Source of the DNA: Antechinus flavipes
Lineage: Eukaryota
DNA length: 64,000 nucleotides
Direction of reading: 5' to 3'
Assembly: GCF_016432865.1 (NCBI RefSeq)
Contig: NC_067399.1
Coordinates: 11,098,001 to 11,162,000 of the forward strand
This document shows positions 51,580 to 63,930 of the stretch, piece by piece (the first letter of the stretch is position 1; every line of letters starts with the position of its first letter). The translations under genes were made by a program, and so were the position numbers. A model generated the notes under the pieces. It was not told the DNA's origin. It did not search any database and worked only from the letters and a program-made list of their open reading frames with translations.

Positions 51580-52180
51580 GCATCCAGGTCTTCTCTTATA
51601 ATTTCATTCATCAAGCATTTAGGAGGCAGGAACAATAGGCAGGATGCTATGGTAGGCACTGGGATTACAAAGACACAACAAAAAAGAGCTCCTATCTCTA
51701 AGGAACTGAATTTTTTACTGAAAGGGGCATTTATACACATAAGTAAACACAAGACAAATTGTGGAAGGAGAAAACACATAGAATTACGAGGAATCGGGAA
51801 AAGCTTCTTATTGGAGATGGTGCCCAAGTTGATCCAACCTTCATCTTTCCCTTGACCTATATAATCAAATTGCTTTTGGACATTTAAATCTGGATATTCC
51901 AAAGACATTTCCAAATCAATATATCCAAAATGGAAGTCAGGATATAAACACTACCCCCAAAACCCTCTACACTTTTGAGTTTCTCAGTTTTTAAGAGAAT
52001 CCCAGCATTGTTTCAGTCATGTTGATTTGCAATATCACTGTCAACTTTGACTCTCTTTCTACCTTGTCTCCTGTAGTCAATTCATTGCACTATCTTGTCT
52101 CCACAGCCCCAACATCCCTTATGTCTGGTCCCTTCTCTCTACTCCCAGGATCACCAGCAATCCTCAACCCCTGAGTACTT
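51580..52180. mobile_element. Two L2 fragments in opposite orientation (about 51580-51860 minus, 51860-52180 plus)
   Basis: cattcatcaagcatttaggaggcagg...gtaggcactgggattacaaag (antisense end); ggacatttaaatctggatattccaaagacatttccaaatcaatatatccaaaatggaa (sense). Confidence 0.6.
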
Positions 52181-53993
52181 CTTACCAGTCTAAGAAATTA
52201 TAAGATTATGGAGTGCTAGAGTTGGAAGCGATTGAAAAAGTCGGATCCCAATTTGTTTATAATTGAGACAACCAAGGTCAAAAAAGTAAAAAAAAATCAC
52301 CAACCAAAGACTGCAGAGGAAATTTGTAAAACAGCTAGAATTGGAACCTAAGTCTCTAGACTCGTAGTCCATTGGATTTTCATTAAACTGGACTTTCTTT
52401 TTGTCCCTATGAGAAAAACGTGTGTGGGAGTAGTTGTGTTAATTGTTTCTTTGCAAGTCTATGCTGTTTGTCTAGTTGAACGTAAGATCCATGAACACAG
52501 GGACTGTTTCGCTTTTAGATTAGGATTTGTGGCATCTGTCACAATATGTTCCAATTCATAAATGTTTGTTGATTCATTGCTTGCTTCCAAATGTACTTAG
52601 AAATCATTCAGAGATTTCTCAGGAAATTAAGCATACTATTTGATGATTTGTGGTATCATCTTTCTTAACTTTCTAAAGAAAAGAGGAGATTTATCTCTCT
52701 CTAGTCTTTCAGCTATTCTCCAATTGCCCATGATTGCTCAGGAATCAGGAAAAAAATTATTTAGCAATCATATTTACATATGCTTTCAGTACCATAGGAT
52801 GTAATTCATTAGAGGAAGGTAATTTAAACTCTTATATGGAAGTTAAGTGCTTTCTTACCTTCTCCTCAATCACCTTGAATTTCATTTTCCTCTTAACTAT
52901 ATGTCTCTCCCTTTCATTTTAGTTATGGAAGACAGACTCAAAATAAGATTTTAATTGTTCCATTTTCTCTCTATTGTCTGTTAATATTGCAACGAATATC
53001 TCCAGCATCAGGGATAGCTCCTCCTTGTTCTTCCTCTGCTACCTAACAAATTAAAAAACAAAAACTCAATGTTTTCTTGTAGATTTCTTTGAAAAACTTA
53101 ATTTATTCTTGACTTTAACTCCTATTTATTATAGCTATATGTTTGTATTTCTCTTGATTTGTCACTTTTGTCTTTGTTCATAATTTTTATAAATTATTTA
53201 TATAATTTTACAAATGGTTAACTAATTGTTTACAAACTAATGTCATCTTAACTGATCCTTCTTATTGGTTAGAAAATTGAGGTACAAAGAAATTGAAATG
53301 TCTGCAGCCATACAACCAATAAATGTCAAAGCTGAGTCTCACATTTAGGTCTCCTGATCTCAAGGCCAATGTTTTGTTCATCTCATTCTTTCTTGGTTTG
53401 TGACACCTTACAATTGGAACAAGGTTCCTCTTGTTCTCATTCATGTCAGTTACTCCTTGTTGACTAATGTTAAAAGAGCAGTTCCCCTCATGACTATCTT
53501 CTAAAGGATAAAAATAAAAGCAAAGTTAGGAGTGTAGAGAATAGTTCCTCAGTTTTATCTCCTTAGTTTCCATCAAGATCATTTGCTATCTCTTACACCA
53601 GATTTCTCCAATTGTTAGCATCCTTACTTCCAATTTCCCCTAAAATCTTAAGATTCTAGCTCATAGGATCATAGAACTAAGGCTAGAATAAACCTCAAAT
53701 GTGATCTAGTCCAAGCCCTTCATTTTAAAGATGAGAAATGTTTGGAACATAACTTTTCAAGATCACAGAGCTACTAAATTGTGGGTCAAGGTTTCAAACC
53801 TTTTTGGAGTCTTCATAACTCCAAATCTTTCTCCTAAATCATACTATCTATTCATTGTTATGCCATATTCTTACTTATCTGGGAACAAATTGCATCACCC
53901 AAGTGAGAATATAAGCTTCTTGAGGATAAAGAGTCTTTCTCCTTTAGATCTCTAGTCCTTTACACAGTGTCTAAAACATTAATGATTGTTGAT

Positions 53994-54905
53994 TTTCAGA
54001 TGAAGAAATTAAAACCATTTCTAGTCGCATGAAAAATGCTCTCAATCGCTATTGATCAGAGAGTTACAAATTAAGACAGCTCTTAGGTACCCCTACACAC
54101 CTCTCAGAGTGGCTAAGATGACAGGAAAAGATAATGACGAATGTTGGAGGGGATGTGGGAAAACTGGGACATTGATGCATTGTTGGTGGATTTGTGAACT
54201 GATACAGCCATTATAGAGAGCAATGTGGAACTATGCCCAAAGGGCTATCAAATTGTGCATATTCTTTGATACAGCAGTATCTCAATTGAGCCTGTATCCC
54301 AAAGAGATCATTAAAAAGGAAACAAAAATGTTTGTTGCTGCCCTTTTGTGGTGGCAAAGAATTGGAAACTGAGTGGACTCCCATCAGTTGCTGAATGCCT
54401 GAATAAGTTATGGTATATGAATGTTATGAAATATTATTCTTCTATAGGAAATGATTAGGAGGATGATTTTAGAGAGGCCTGGAGAGACTTACAGGAACTG
54501 TTGCTGAGTGAAGTGAGGACTTTGTACACACCAACAAGAAGATTATATGATGATCAATTCTGACAGATGTGGCTCTTTTCAATAGGGAGGTGATTCAGGC
54601 CAATTCCAATTGTCTTGTGATGGAGAAAGCCACCTGCACCCAGAGAGAGGATTATGGGAAATGAATTTGAACGACAATATAGTGTCTTCACCTTTTTTAT
54701 TGCTGTTTACTCACATTTTTTCTCATTTTTTTCTTTTTTGATGTGATTATTTGTTGTGCAACATAATTATAAAAATATGTATGGATTACTTGCCATCTAG
54801 GAGAAGAGAAAGCAGGGAGAGAGGAAAAAAATTTGGAACACAAGGTTTTAGAAGGATGAATGTTGAAAACTAAGCATATGTTTTGAAAAAAAACTTTATA
54901 TAAAA
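53994..54905 (+). mobile_element. 5'-truncated L1 with 9-bp TSD ATTGTTGAT, inserted in an L2 tail
   Basis: Sense ORF2 C-terminal text (gatgacaggaaaagataatgacgaatgttggaggggatgtgggaaaactgggac) and 3' UTR; TSD at 53985-53993 and 54906-54914. Confidence 0.92.
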
Positions 54906-56324
54906 ATTGTTGATAATTGTCTTAAGAATTGCTTTTTGGTTGATTAATTGACTAATTCCAGTCCACTCAATCGTTTGGGTTAAAGTTTTTAGATATAAAA
55001 TCAAGGAGTTGAAACTGATGACCTCTAGGGTTGTCTTGCAATTCTAATGTTCACTGATTAATTGATAGCCTTTAAAGGATTATAGTGCTTAGCATTAAGT
55101 TATGGTTCACCATAAGCACTTAACATGCTCCTTGACTGAAAGCCAGTCAGTCAACTAGCATTTATTAAGTACCTACTGTGCCAGGCACTGTGTTAAGTGC
55201 TGGGAATACAAAATAAAGACAACCCCCTAAAATAAAAAAAAAATCCCTGTTATAATAACACTCATGGACCTCAGAGAAAAAGAGTACAGATTTAGATAGG
55301 GAAAAATGTTCACAGAGTCAGAGAATGCACAATTCTGTGATTGTGGACAGAAATGACTTCTCTTGTAACTGGTACCTTTTGTGCCCTTCAAGGCTTGGTG
55401 TTCTCAAAGTCTCAGATTTTGAGAGGAAGGATCTCTACTGGACCCAAATGCCTGGTTAGTGGCAGAGCTATTCATCAGCTGGGAGTCCTGTCCAGGTCTC
55501 CACTTACAACGCCAGCTAATTTGCTTTTATGTTAGACAGACTCAAGGATATGGCTGTAATGGGTTTCCAGAGAGCCATTGGGATTCTGTCGGATAAAGAG
55601 GGATGTGAATTAGTCGGCATTTTCTATGCCGCCCTGTCTCTCTTCATTATTTGGCCAAATGTTGATAGATGGGCAAGGAAGGAAGGGGGATAGCAGGCTT
55701 TTAGAATCAAAAGTACGTCTCCCAGTCTCTTTCCTTCAGTAGTCCTTGGGCAAATGTTGGGCCAAAGTGTTGCCTTTGTAGATTCTATTTAAGGTTAAAT
55801 TTCCATTTCCAGAGGGTGGAAGGGTTCAGGGAAGGAAAAGCAGTAGATTTTCAGAGTGAGATTTGATGTAATATGATGGCGAGCACAGAATAGGGATTTG
55901 AAATCAAAACATATGGGTTAAAATCTACTATTAACGTGATCTTGAGCAAGTCACGAGTCTTCAGAGATTCAGTTTCCTCGCCAACAAAAAGGATATGGGC
56001 GGGGGGGATTAGATTTCTTCTGCTTGGTCTCAATGGGCAGCACTTGGAGCAATAGGTGGATTTGTAAAGGAGAAGCTGACCAATTGAAAAGCTTCCAAAT
56101 CCCAGCTGTGTGAAAACACACCAGGCTCCCTTGGGAAATCATGGCTTTCTCTCTTATGAAGACTTGATGACCCTGTATCAAGTACCAAGTATATGGGTAG
56201 TTGGCATTCTACTTCAAGCTGGAGAGAATTAGATGGTTTTTGAGGCTCCTTCTGCTTCTGTGAGTCTGTGGCAACAGTGCTAAGTTAATGAGGACAAAAG
56301 GCTTTAAAGTTTGTAAGGATTTTT

Positions 56325-56575
56325 ATAAATAGTTGTTCAGTTATGTACAATTCTTCATGACACTCTATTCCACCCCCCTTTTTCTGCAAAGATACTGGAC
56401 TGGTTTGCCATTTTCTTCTTCAGCTCATTTTTATAGATGAGGAACTGAAGCAAACAGGATTAAGTCACTTCCCCATGGTCACACAGCTAGTAAATGGCTG
56501 AGACCAGATTTGAACTCAGGAAGATGAGCCTTCTTGACTTTATATCTGGAATACTCTCCATTGAGAAACCCAGCT
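56325..56575 (-). mobile_element. Mar1-type SINE
   Basis: gcaaagatactggactggtttgccattttcttcttcagctcatttttatagatgaggaactgaagc...ccagatttgaactcaggaagatgag. Confidence 0.85.
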
Positions 56576-56737
56576 TCCAAATATTGTTTCTTTAAATCAT
56601 CACCGCAACTAATGAGCCAGCTGCTATTATTCTCCTCATTTTACAATAAAGGAAACTGAGGCTTATTGAGATTAAATGACTTACTCAAAATCACACAGCT
56701 TTTAAATATCTCAAGTAGGATTCAAATCACAGGGTGT

Positions 56738-56780
<43 letters not shown>

Positions 56781-58505
56781 TGTTTGTTAATACAGGACCA
56801 GTATTCTATCCACTGCACTACCTAACTAACACTTGGACAAACCATCTCACAGGGCTATTGTGAGTTATTAAAATTTTTAAGGAGATATGTAAATGCAAGC
56901 CATCGTTAATTCCATTTCCCTGTTGTACTTATTAGTCTAATACCTCTTCATTAGGCTTAGGAAAATCTCCTAAATGGTAATTAAAACTTAATAGGAATTC
57001 CTTTCCTGATCTCCATCTTGATCTGTTGAAATGCTACTTATATCAAAAGACTGAGTTCAAACATTGGAGCCGCCATTGTTTTTTTGATTCCTGTCTCTTT
57101 CCTCATAAACGAGTAAGAAGTCATTGCTCCCGGGGCTATAAGAATGTTGGACTTAGAGACCCGGAACCTCAGCACAAATCCTGACTTTAATAACTATTGT
57201 GTAACACCTGGCAAGTGATTTCTTTGAGCTTTGGTTTTCTCTTCTGTTAAATGGGCACAATAATATCCCTACATACATCAGAGGGTTGGTTTTGATGAAA
57301 AACCTTGTTTTGGTATTATTATCCTTCCTTCCACTGAAATCTGATAGCTCTTTGGTTTGTGCTTCTCATGAATTTATCACATTTTACATTATATTTATTT
57401 GTGTACATGTTATTGTTCCTACCAGACATCCCAGACCTCTGCATACAGGCTTAAGAGTTTAATCATTTGACAAGCTTTGGATCAATCAGTCTCTTTTCTC
57501 ACTCGACAGAGAGTAGAAAGGAGTAAGGGTAGTGAAGCTTAGCATTTTGACCACCTAAATGTCCCTATTTGCAAGGGTTTTGCCTTCCCATTTTCCCAAA
57601 TTCTAATGTTGCTTGTGGGAATTAGCTGTAGGGCCCAATGCACATCTGTTGTCAGAGTTTGATGTTTCATTGGGAGTATCTGCTTATATCTAACCCAGCA
57701 CTTTGCCTGAACTGCCCCCTTCAGGTATCTACAATGAAAGTACAGAAACAGATATTCAAAGATCCATTGATTTCCCAATTGGATCCCCAAGGATCCACAC
57801 CTGAGCCCTGGAACACCATCATCATTCATGGGTCTTAACTCATTCCTCTACCTTCCCCACAGTCACATTAACTACTCTATCTTTTTTTTTAACATGCACC
57901 CTCAAAAACACTTAGGGTCCAACTTTCAACCATATTTGCCCCTCATTACCAACACTAGGAAAATACAGTCCCAATCTTGAGCTCTCTGTACAAGCTTCCT
58001 TCCTCTCTAAAATGAGTGTGTTGGACTAGGTGTCCTCCAAGCTTCCTTTCAGCTCAGATCCATGCTCCAAAGTTCCAGTGATCTCTTAAATTCTTTTCTT
58101 AGAGAGGGGATCCATACTTAGTTTTTCAGACAAACTAGTATATTTTCAGAAATCCTTTCCAATTCAAAGTCCTCTGCTTTTGTGCTTCTGTGATACACTT
58201 TGTCTCCTACATTTTTACTTTTCCTTCACAGTGCCTAATACAGTATTTTCAATATGACAGCAACCAATGTGACTTTCTAGCAAATGAATGAAGGCAGTCA
58301 TGAGAAATTCACTTTGTTGTCCCAGGGACGATGACTTGTACTAGTGAAATTTAAATAATGTTGTCTTTGTTATACACAATATTTATTCAATGAATCAAGC
58401 AGAGATTGAAGAAGCATATATGGAATATCTATTGTGGGCCATGAATTGTGCAACTATTTATACACTGTATGCCTTCCTTCTAATACCTCAGAATTGCATT
58501 TGACC

Positions 58506-58514
58506 TGGATCTGT

Positions 58515-58568
<54 letters not shown>

Positions 58569-58588
58569 TTTTGGATCTGTAATTCTCT
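58506..58588 (-). repeat. (CT)19-T11 tract flanked by a perfect 17-bp direct repeat TGGATCTGTAATTCTCT
   Basis: Direct repeats at 58506-58522 and 58572-58588. Confidence 0.9.
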
Positions 58589-58599
58589 ATAAATTAGAG

Positions 58600-58860
58600 A
58601 GGCAGTTAGTTGACTGAACACAATGACTAAGAGCATTGTACCCAGAACTAGGCAAATGAGTACAAAATCCATGGTAGACACTTATTAGCTGGGTGACCCT
58701 GGGCAAGTCACTTAATATTTCTCAGACTCAATTTCTTTATCTATAAAATGGGGATGATAATAGCACCTACAGCTCCCAGGGTTATTGTGAAGGTAAAATG
58801 AGATAACTTGTGTAAAATGCTTTGCAATTTTTGACATGCTATTTAATTACTATTTATCAT
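58600..58860 (+). mobile_element. MIR SINE
   Basis: gacacttattagctgggtgaccctgggcaagtcacttaatatttctcagactcaatttctttatctataaaatggggatgataatagcacctac. Confidence 0.85.
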
Positions 58861-60209
58861 CATCTTCATCATTATTGATATTAATTTTCTGCTTATTTGT
58901 GTGATTTGGAGCAAATTACTTCTTTTCAGGCCATATCTTATTCATTTGGAAAATGAGGAATTAGATCAGAGGACCTTTTAGACTCTTTTGAGTTCTAAAC
59001 AGAATCATCTTACGGACCCATTTCTTCAGAGCAACGCAGTATAGTTGGTAGGTAAGCATTATTATTCCTATTTGGGGGAAGAAGTTTGAATCTGTGATAG
59101 CAACGGTCCAGGGAACTCCCAGTCTGGTAACACAGTTGGTCAGTGCAGATCAACATGTGCTTCAATTTACAGCCTTACAGACTAGTTAGGAAAACGCAAC
59201 CAGCATGGGGCAGAGGTGAGCCTAGTTCTTCCTCCCTCTGATTCTAACCCTTCATGGTGCCCCATCACCGTTTCCTTTTACAGGTAAACAAACTGAGGCC
59301 CTGAGTGGTGATCCACTGCCTCATGATCATATGATAAACCAGTGAAGATTAGTACTAACATTTGAACCCGGATCTCCAGACCCATACTTTGTTCGGTACC
59401 ACCATTTTGAATCTCGAATGAAACTCATCGAACTATGAAAATACTTTAGAGACTACAATTCCACCAATTGTATGTATTCTGGACCATTCCTGGCCTCCAG
59501 GCTCAATTACACAAAAAAGAGAAGTCTAGGTACAATCGATTTACAAAAGATTTCTGTGAGGCAAACATATTTCATCGGAAAATACATTTTCCTGTTTGCA
59601 ATGTTTGGTTCAGCATAATTAACATGAATAATGCAAGGCAATTTCCTGATAGTTATTATATCTGAGAGCTTGGCAGGATCCTAACTGCCCCCATGGTGGG
59701 GCCGGAATGTGAATAGCTCAGGAAGGAGCGGGATGGAGTGAGTTTGATTAAAATGTAATGCAGTTTTTGAATTAAAAATATTCAAGGGCTTAACAAAATG
59801 ACCTTAACACTATTATTTTACACAAAGACATTTGCATAATTGTAGCAGTGACATCTTTTAAAAAATTCCCCCTGGATCAATAGGCTCCCACATTTCCCAG
59901 AGAACAATGTAACTCTTTCGTTACCTGTCTAAGTTTCTGCACCAGTCATGGGAGCGAATGAGTGACCTTCTGAAGGGGAGAAGAGAAATCTGGACCCAGA
60001 ATTTCATCTAGTTTAAGGCCTACCTGAAAAAGAATGCCTTCCTATTACCCCCTGAGATGTGATCAGTCAGCTTTTATTGGAAGAGTACCCGTGAACAGGA
60101 AATCCTATCTCAAGGCAAATCGTTTAACTTTGGGACAATGAGAAAACCTAATTTTATCTCTTCTAAATATTCCTGCTGCTTTGACCCTCAAGAGATGAGT
60201 TGAACACGG

Positions 60210-60231
60210 CTCTTTCCTCTTCCAGGTGAGT
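60210..60231 (+). other. Juxtaposed 3' and 5' splice motifs (Y14-AG|GTGAGT)
   Basis: ctctttcctcttccag|gtgagt in non-repeat DNA. Confidence 0.4.
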
Positions 60232-60894
60232 CTTTCAAACGCTTCATAGCATCACTGATTTAGAATCAGAAAAAAAAAAACAACTTAGAAGTCACAAAAT
60301 CCAACTTCATCATTTTATAGAAGGGGAAACTGAGGCAGAGAAAAGCTAAGTGACTTGACATCACATTATTTAGCATCAGATTTAAAATCAGGTTTTCCTG
60401 ACCCCAAGTATAGTACCCTGTTCATTGAACTACACTGCTCGTCATAGCAGGAAGCTGCTTGTCTCTTCCTCTCCCCTAACAATTCCTCTTTCATTGCTTT
60501 TCCTTTCTAGGAGAAACAGCCCTGATTTTTTCAATTAATCCCTATATAGAATACTGTAGAGACCCTCAATCAACTTGACTATCCTTTTCTGGCCCCACTT
60601 TATTTTTCTTAAAGAAACTATAACAACATTATTTGTTGTCTATATAACTTTTCCTTTTTTCTTTTGTGCTTTTTCACTGAATCAGTTAATATTTGAGAAA
60701 TTTCTATTAAGGAAAGAAGTGTGGAAAGAGCTAGTCTTGAAGTGAAGAAGACCTGATTCACACTTCTACCTCTGAAACCCTGTATGACACTGGGCAAATC
60801 CCTTATTCTCTCAGGGCCCAGACAACTATATTAAGAATATCAGTTGAAAGAAAATGTTGATCTCTTGATCCTCAAATAATCCTGACTTCATCTG

Positions 60895-62850
60895 CCTATC
60901 CCTGCTAGGGGCCATTCCATATGTCCTCCCTTTTGTGACTAAACTCCTGCAAAAACCTGTTGTCGATGAGTGCCTCGTCGTCCTTTCTTTTCATTAGCTT
61001 CTTAACTCTACAACACGATCATTTCATTATTCAAATGCAATTTCTCTCTCCACAGTTACTGGTGACTTCTTAAATAATAAATGGATTTGCCTTTTTCTTA
61101 ATCCTCCCCCTTTTCCATCTCTCTGCTGCCTTTGACCCTGTTGATCACTCTTCCCTCTTGGGTATTCTGTTTTTTCCAGGATGTCCCTCTCTCCTGGTTT
61201 TCCTCCTTGATCACTTCTCTTCCATCTTCTTTGCTGGCTCTTCATTCAGTTTATATCTGTTATAGTCATATGTGTTCCAGAAGACTCTGTACTGGATCTT
61301 CTTTTTTCCTTCTATACTATTTCACTTGGTGATTTCATCAGTATCCACAACAGACATCTCTATTTTATTTTCCCTAATTACATTCAAGAACAATTTTAAA
61401 CTTTCATTTTTTTAAACTTTGAAACTTTAAAATTCTTTCCCTTTTCCCCCATCTCCTTCTTCTAGAAACAGAACATAGTTTGATATAGGTTATATCAACC
61501 TATATATGTGAAATCATGAAAATATATTTCCATATTAGTTGTCTTGTAAAAGAAAACAGACCCCAAACTCCAAAACATGGAAAAAATAAAGTGAAAAATA
61601 GTACGTTAGTACGTGCTGATCATCATTCAGACTCTATCAGTTCATTCTCTTGATCTGGATAGCAGTTTTTTATCAAGAATCCTTCTGGAATTCTTTTGGA
61701 TTATTGCATCACTGAAAGTAGCTAAGTCATTCACAGCTGATACTGTATACACTCTTCTCCTGATTCTGCTCACTTTGTTATATCAGTTCATGTAAGTTCA
61801 GTTTTTTTTTTCTGAAATATACCAATGGTTTATTTATATATATATATATTTATCCAGCCTTAATCTCTTTGCTGAATTCTGGGCTTGCAGATCCAATTGC
61901 CTAATGGAAATCTTATTATATTCATAAGATTCAGATCTGTCTGTTCATAGACAGCTTAGCTCAACATATCCAAAACTGAACTCATTATTATATATCCTTT
62001 TCTTCCTGAAGTCCTCCAGACTTACAACCTAAGGTAACATCCTTGACTCTTCACTATCTTTCATTCATATCCACGTTGTTGCAAAGGCCAGTGGATTTCA
62101 CCTTTGCAGCATCTCTCGAATAAGCTTTCTCCTCTCCTCTGATATAGTCACCATTCTAGTGTAAGTGATTATCACTTAGCTTCTGGCAATAACCTGCTGG
62201 TGGGCATATCTGCCTCCAGTCTCTCTACATATCCATTTATTCTCCAATCAGTCCCTTAAATGATTTTCCTAAAATACAGTTCTGATCTTATTATATCCTC
62301 CTCTCCCACTCAATTACCTTCAGTACCTCCCTCTTGCCTCTAGGATCAAATGAATCTTTGGTTGACATCCAACACCTTTCATAACCCAGCCTCCACTTCC
62401 CCAGTCTTTTTAAATCTCATTCATCACCATGTGCTTCTCACTTTTCTGGGACATGGACTTCCTTGGGTTACTCTATGAATGAAACACTCCATACCTTGGC
62501 TCAGGGGATTTTCTCTGGCTGTCTGCTAGGCCTAGAATACCCTGCCTCCTCACATCTGCCTTCTGCCTTCCCTACTTTCCTTCAAATCCCAACTAATGTT
62601 CCATCTTTTATAGGAAGTCTTTCCTGAGCCCCCTTACTTTTAGTTCCTTCTCTGTAGATTATTTCCTATTAATCTAAACATAGATTGTGGTTTTGTGTAT
62701 TTTTTTTTTGCATGTTGTCTACTTCATTAGGCTATGAACTACTTGAAAGCAGAGACTGTTCTTTGCTTTTCTTTGTATCCTCAGTGTTTAATATACTGCT
62801 GGTACATAGTAGGCACTTTGCTGACAAACTACCTAGGCTGCATTGGTGGA
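60895..62850 (+). mobile_element. L2 LINE (RT region to 3' end), interrupted by an antisense L1 3' fragment at about 61345-61800
   Basis: ctctctgctgcctttgaccctgttgatcac = LSAAFDPVDH (L2 RT motif LDLSAAFDTVDH) near 61120; ends ...ggtacatagtaggcact at about 62815. Confidence 0.85.
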
Positions 62851-63127
62851 AGCAGTTTCCTTACATTTGAGTTCACTATGGAATCACTGGTTTAGTTTTT
62901 ATGTTCTGTACTTAAGACTTTTGGGGATTGATTCATGAGTAATCTACATTATATACAACTTTATCCTATGGAAAAAATTCAATATATAAAACTTGGGATT
63001 TTTAGAGAGATAAATTAAGGAGATCCTTTCAATTAATCTAGAAACCTTCTTAAAACTCCTCTTCTGATCTGCAAATTCTACTAGCAAATTTAAAATATTT
63101 TGATTAATGAAAGAAAAAATCAATTCA

Positions 63128-63140
63128 TGCTGACTCAGCC
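63128..63140. promoter_or_regulatory. T-MARE / NFE2-MAF-type element
   Basis: TGCTGACTCAGCC, 12/13 to the T-MARE consensus TGCTGACTCAGCA, with an AT-rich 5' flank; CRE-like TGACGTCT at 63235. Confidence 0.4.
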
Positions 63141-63639
63141 CCTAGCTGCCCACAAACCCCAACTGGACAAGCTTCTGATATGTTTACAACTCTTGGCAAG
63201 GTTCACTAGTTCTAACATCTGCTGATTATTTTCCTGACGTCTTGACTCCTTACTCACATTTGATTCTGCCTGGTATGTTAGTTATTGGCGAATTTACTTT
63301 ATATCCTTTAGCCGAGAGCTCCCTGAGGTCAAGGATCTAATTTTCTTTATCTTTATATTCTTTTCAGTGTCTAGAGCCTTACACACTCTAAATGTTCTGC
63401 TTATATTTATTAAAGTTGAAGGCTTTTCAGAAATAGTTTCTTTCCCAAATATGGAACCTATTATGTTCCACCAAAATCCTCCTCTGAATGGTTCCCATAG
63501 TGAGTCCCAGTTGTGGAAGGCTATGCCAGTGTCGAGGTTCAAAAGGAAACCCTCAAAAGTTGGGGGTGCAGACAGGTGTGGTGAAGTATACCAAAGGGGG
63601 CAAATTTTATTATAATTGTAACACCAATTGAAGTGGGTT

Positions 63640-63930
63640 AAATTTCAAAATGATTTAGTGAAAAACCAGGAGCAAGAAGATAAATTTATAGAAAAGACAG
63701 AGAAATACAGTTCTTCATGGTACTGCTATGCTAACTTTATGGCTTAGAAGTAGAATTAAGGAGTGGTCTTGTATGCATCTCACCATTTGTCTTAGAAACC
63801 CTGTTATCACTGACCAATAGATCATTATCTGAAAGTCTGCAATGTTTACAGGACTATCCTATACTATTCCTAAAGCCAGGAGACTTTAGGATCATCGACA
63901 AACAGATTGTTAGAACAATAGCTCTTCTAA
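63640..63930 (+). mobile_element. Probable very old L1 ORF1 remnant
   Basis: QNDLVKNQEQEDKFIEKTEKY, LTNRS...L and IIDKQIVR resemble L1 ORF1 QETIKQNQKNEKIEENVKY, LENRSRRDNL and IIFQEIIK, in order; weak, by eye. Confidence 0.3.

Noticed and set aside
63420-63640. Env- or L-like minus-strand peptide (WDSLWEPFRGGFWWNIIG)
   Set aside because: Similarity to viral proteins needs multiple 7-8-aa deletions, and equally good matches appear on both strands, indicating over-fitting.
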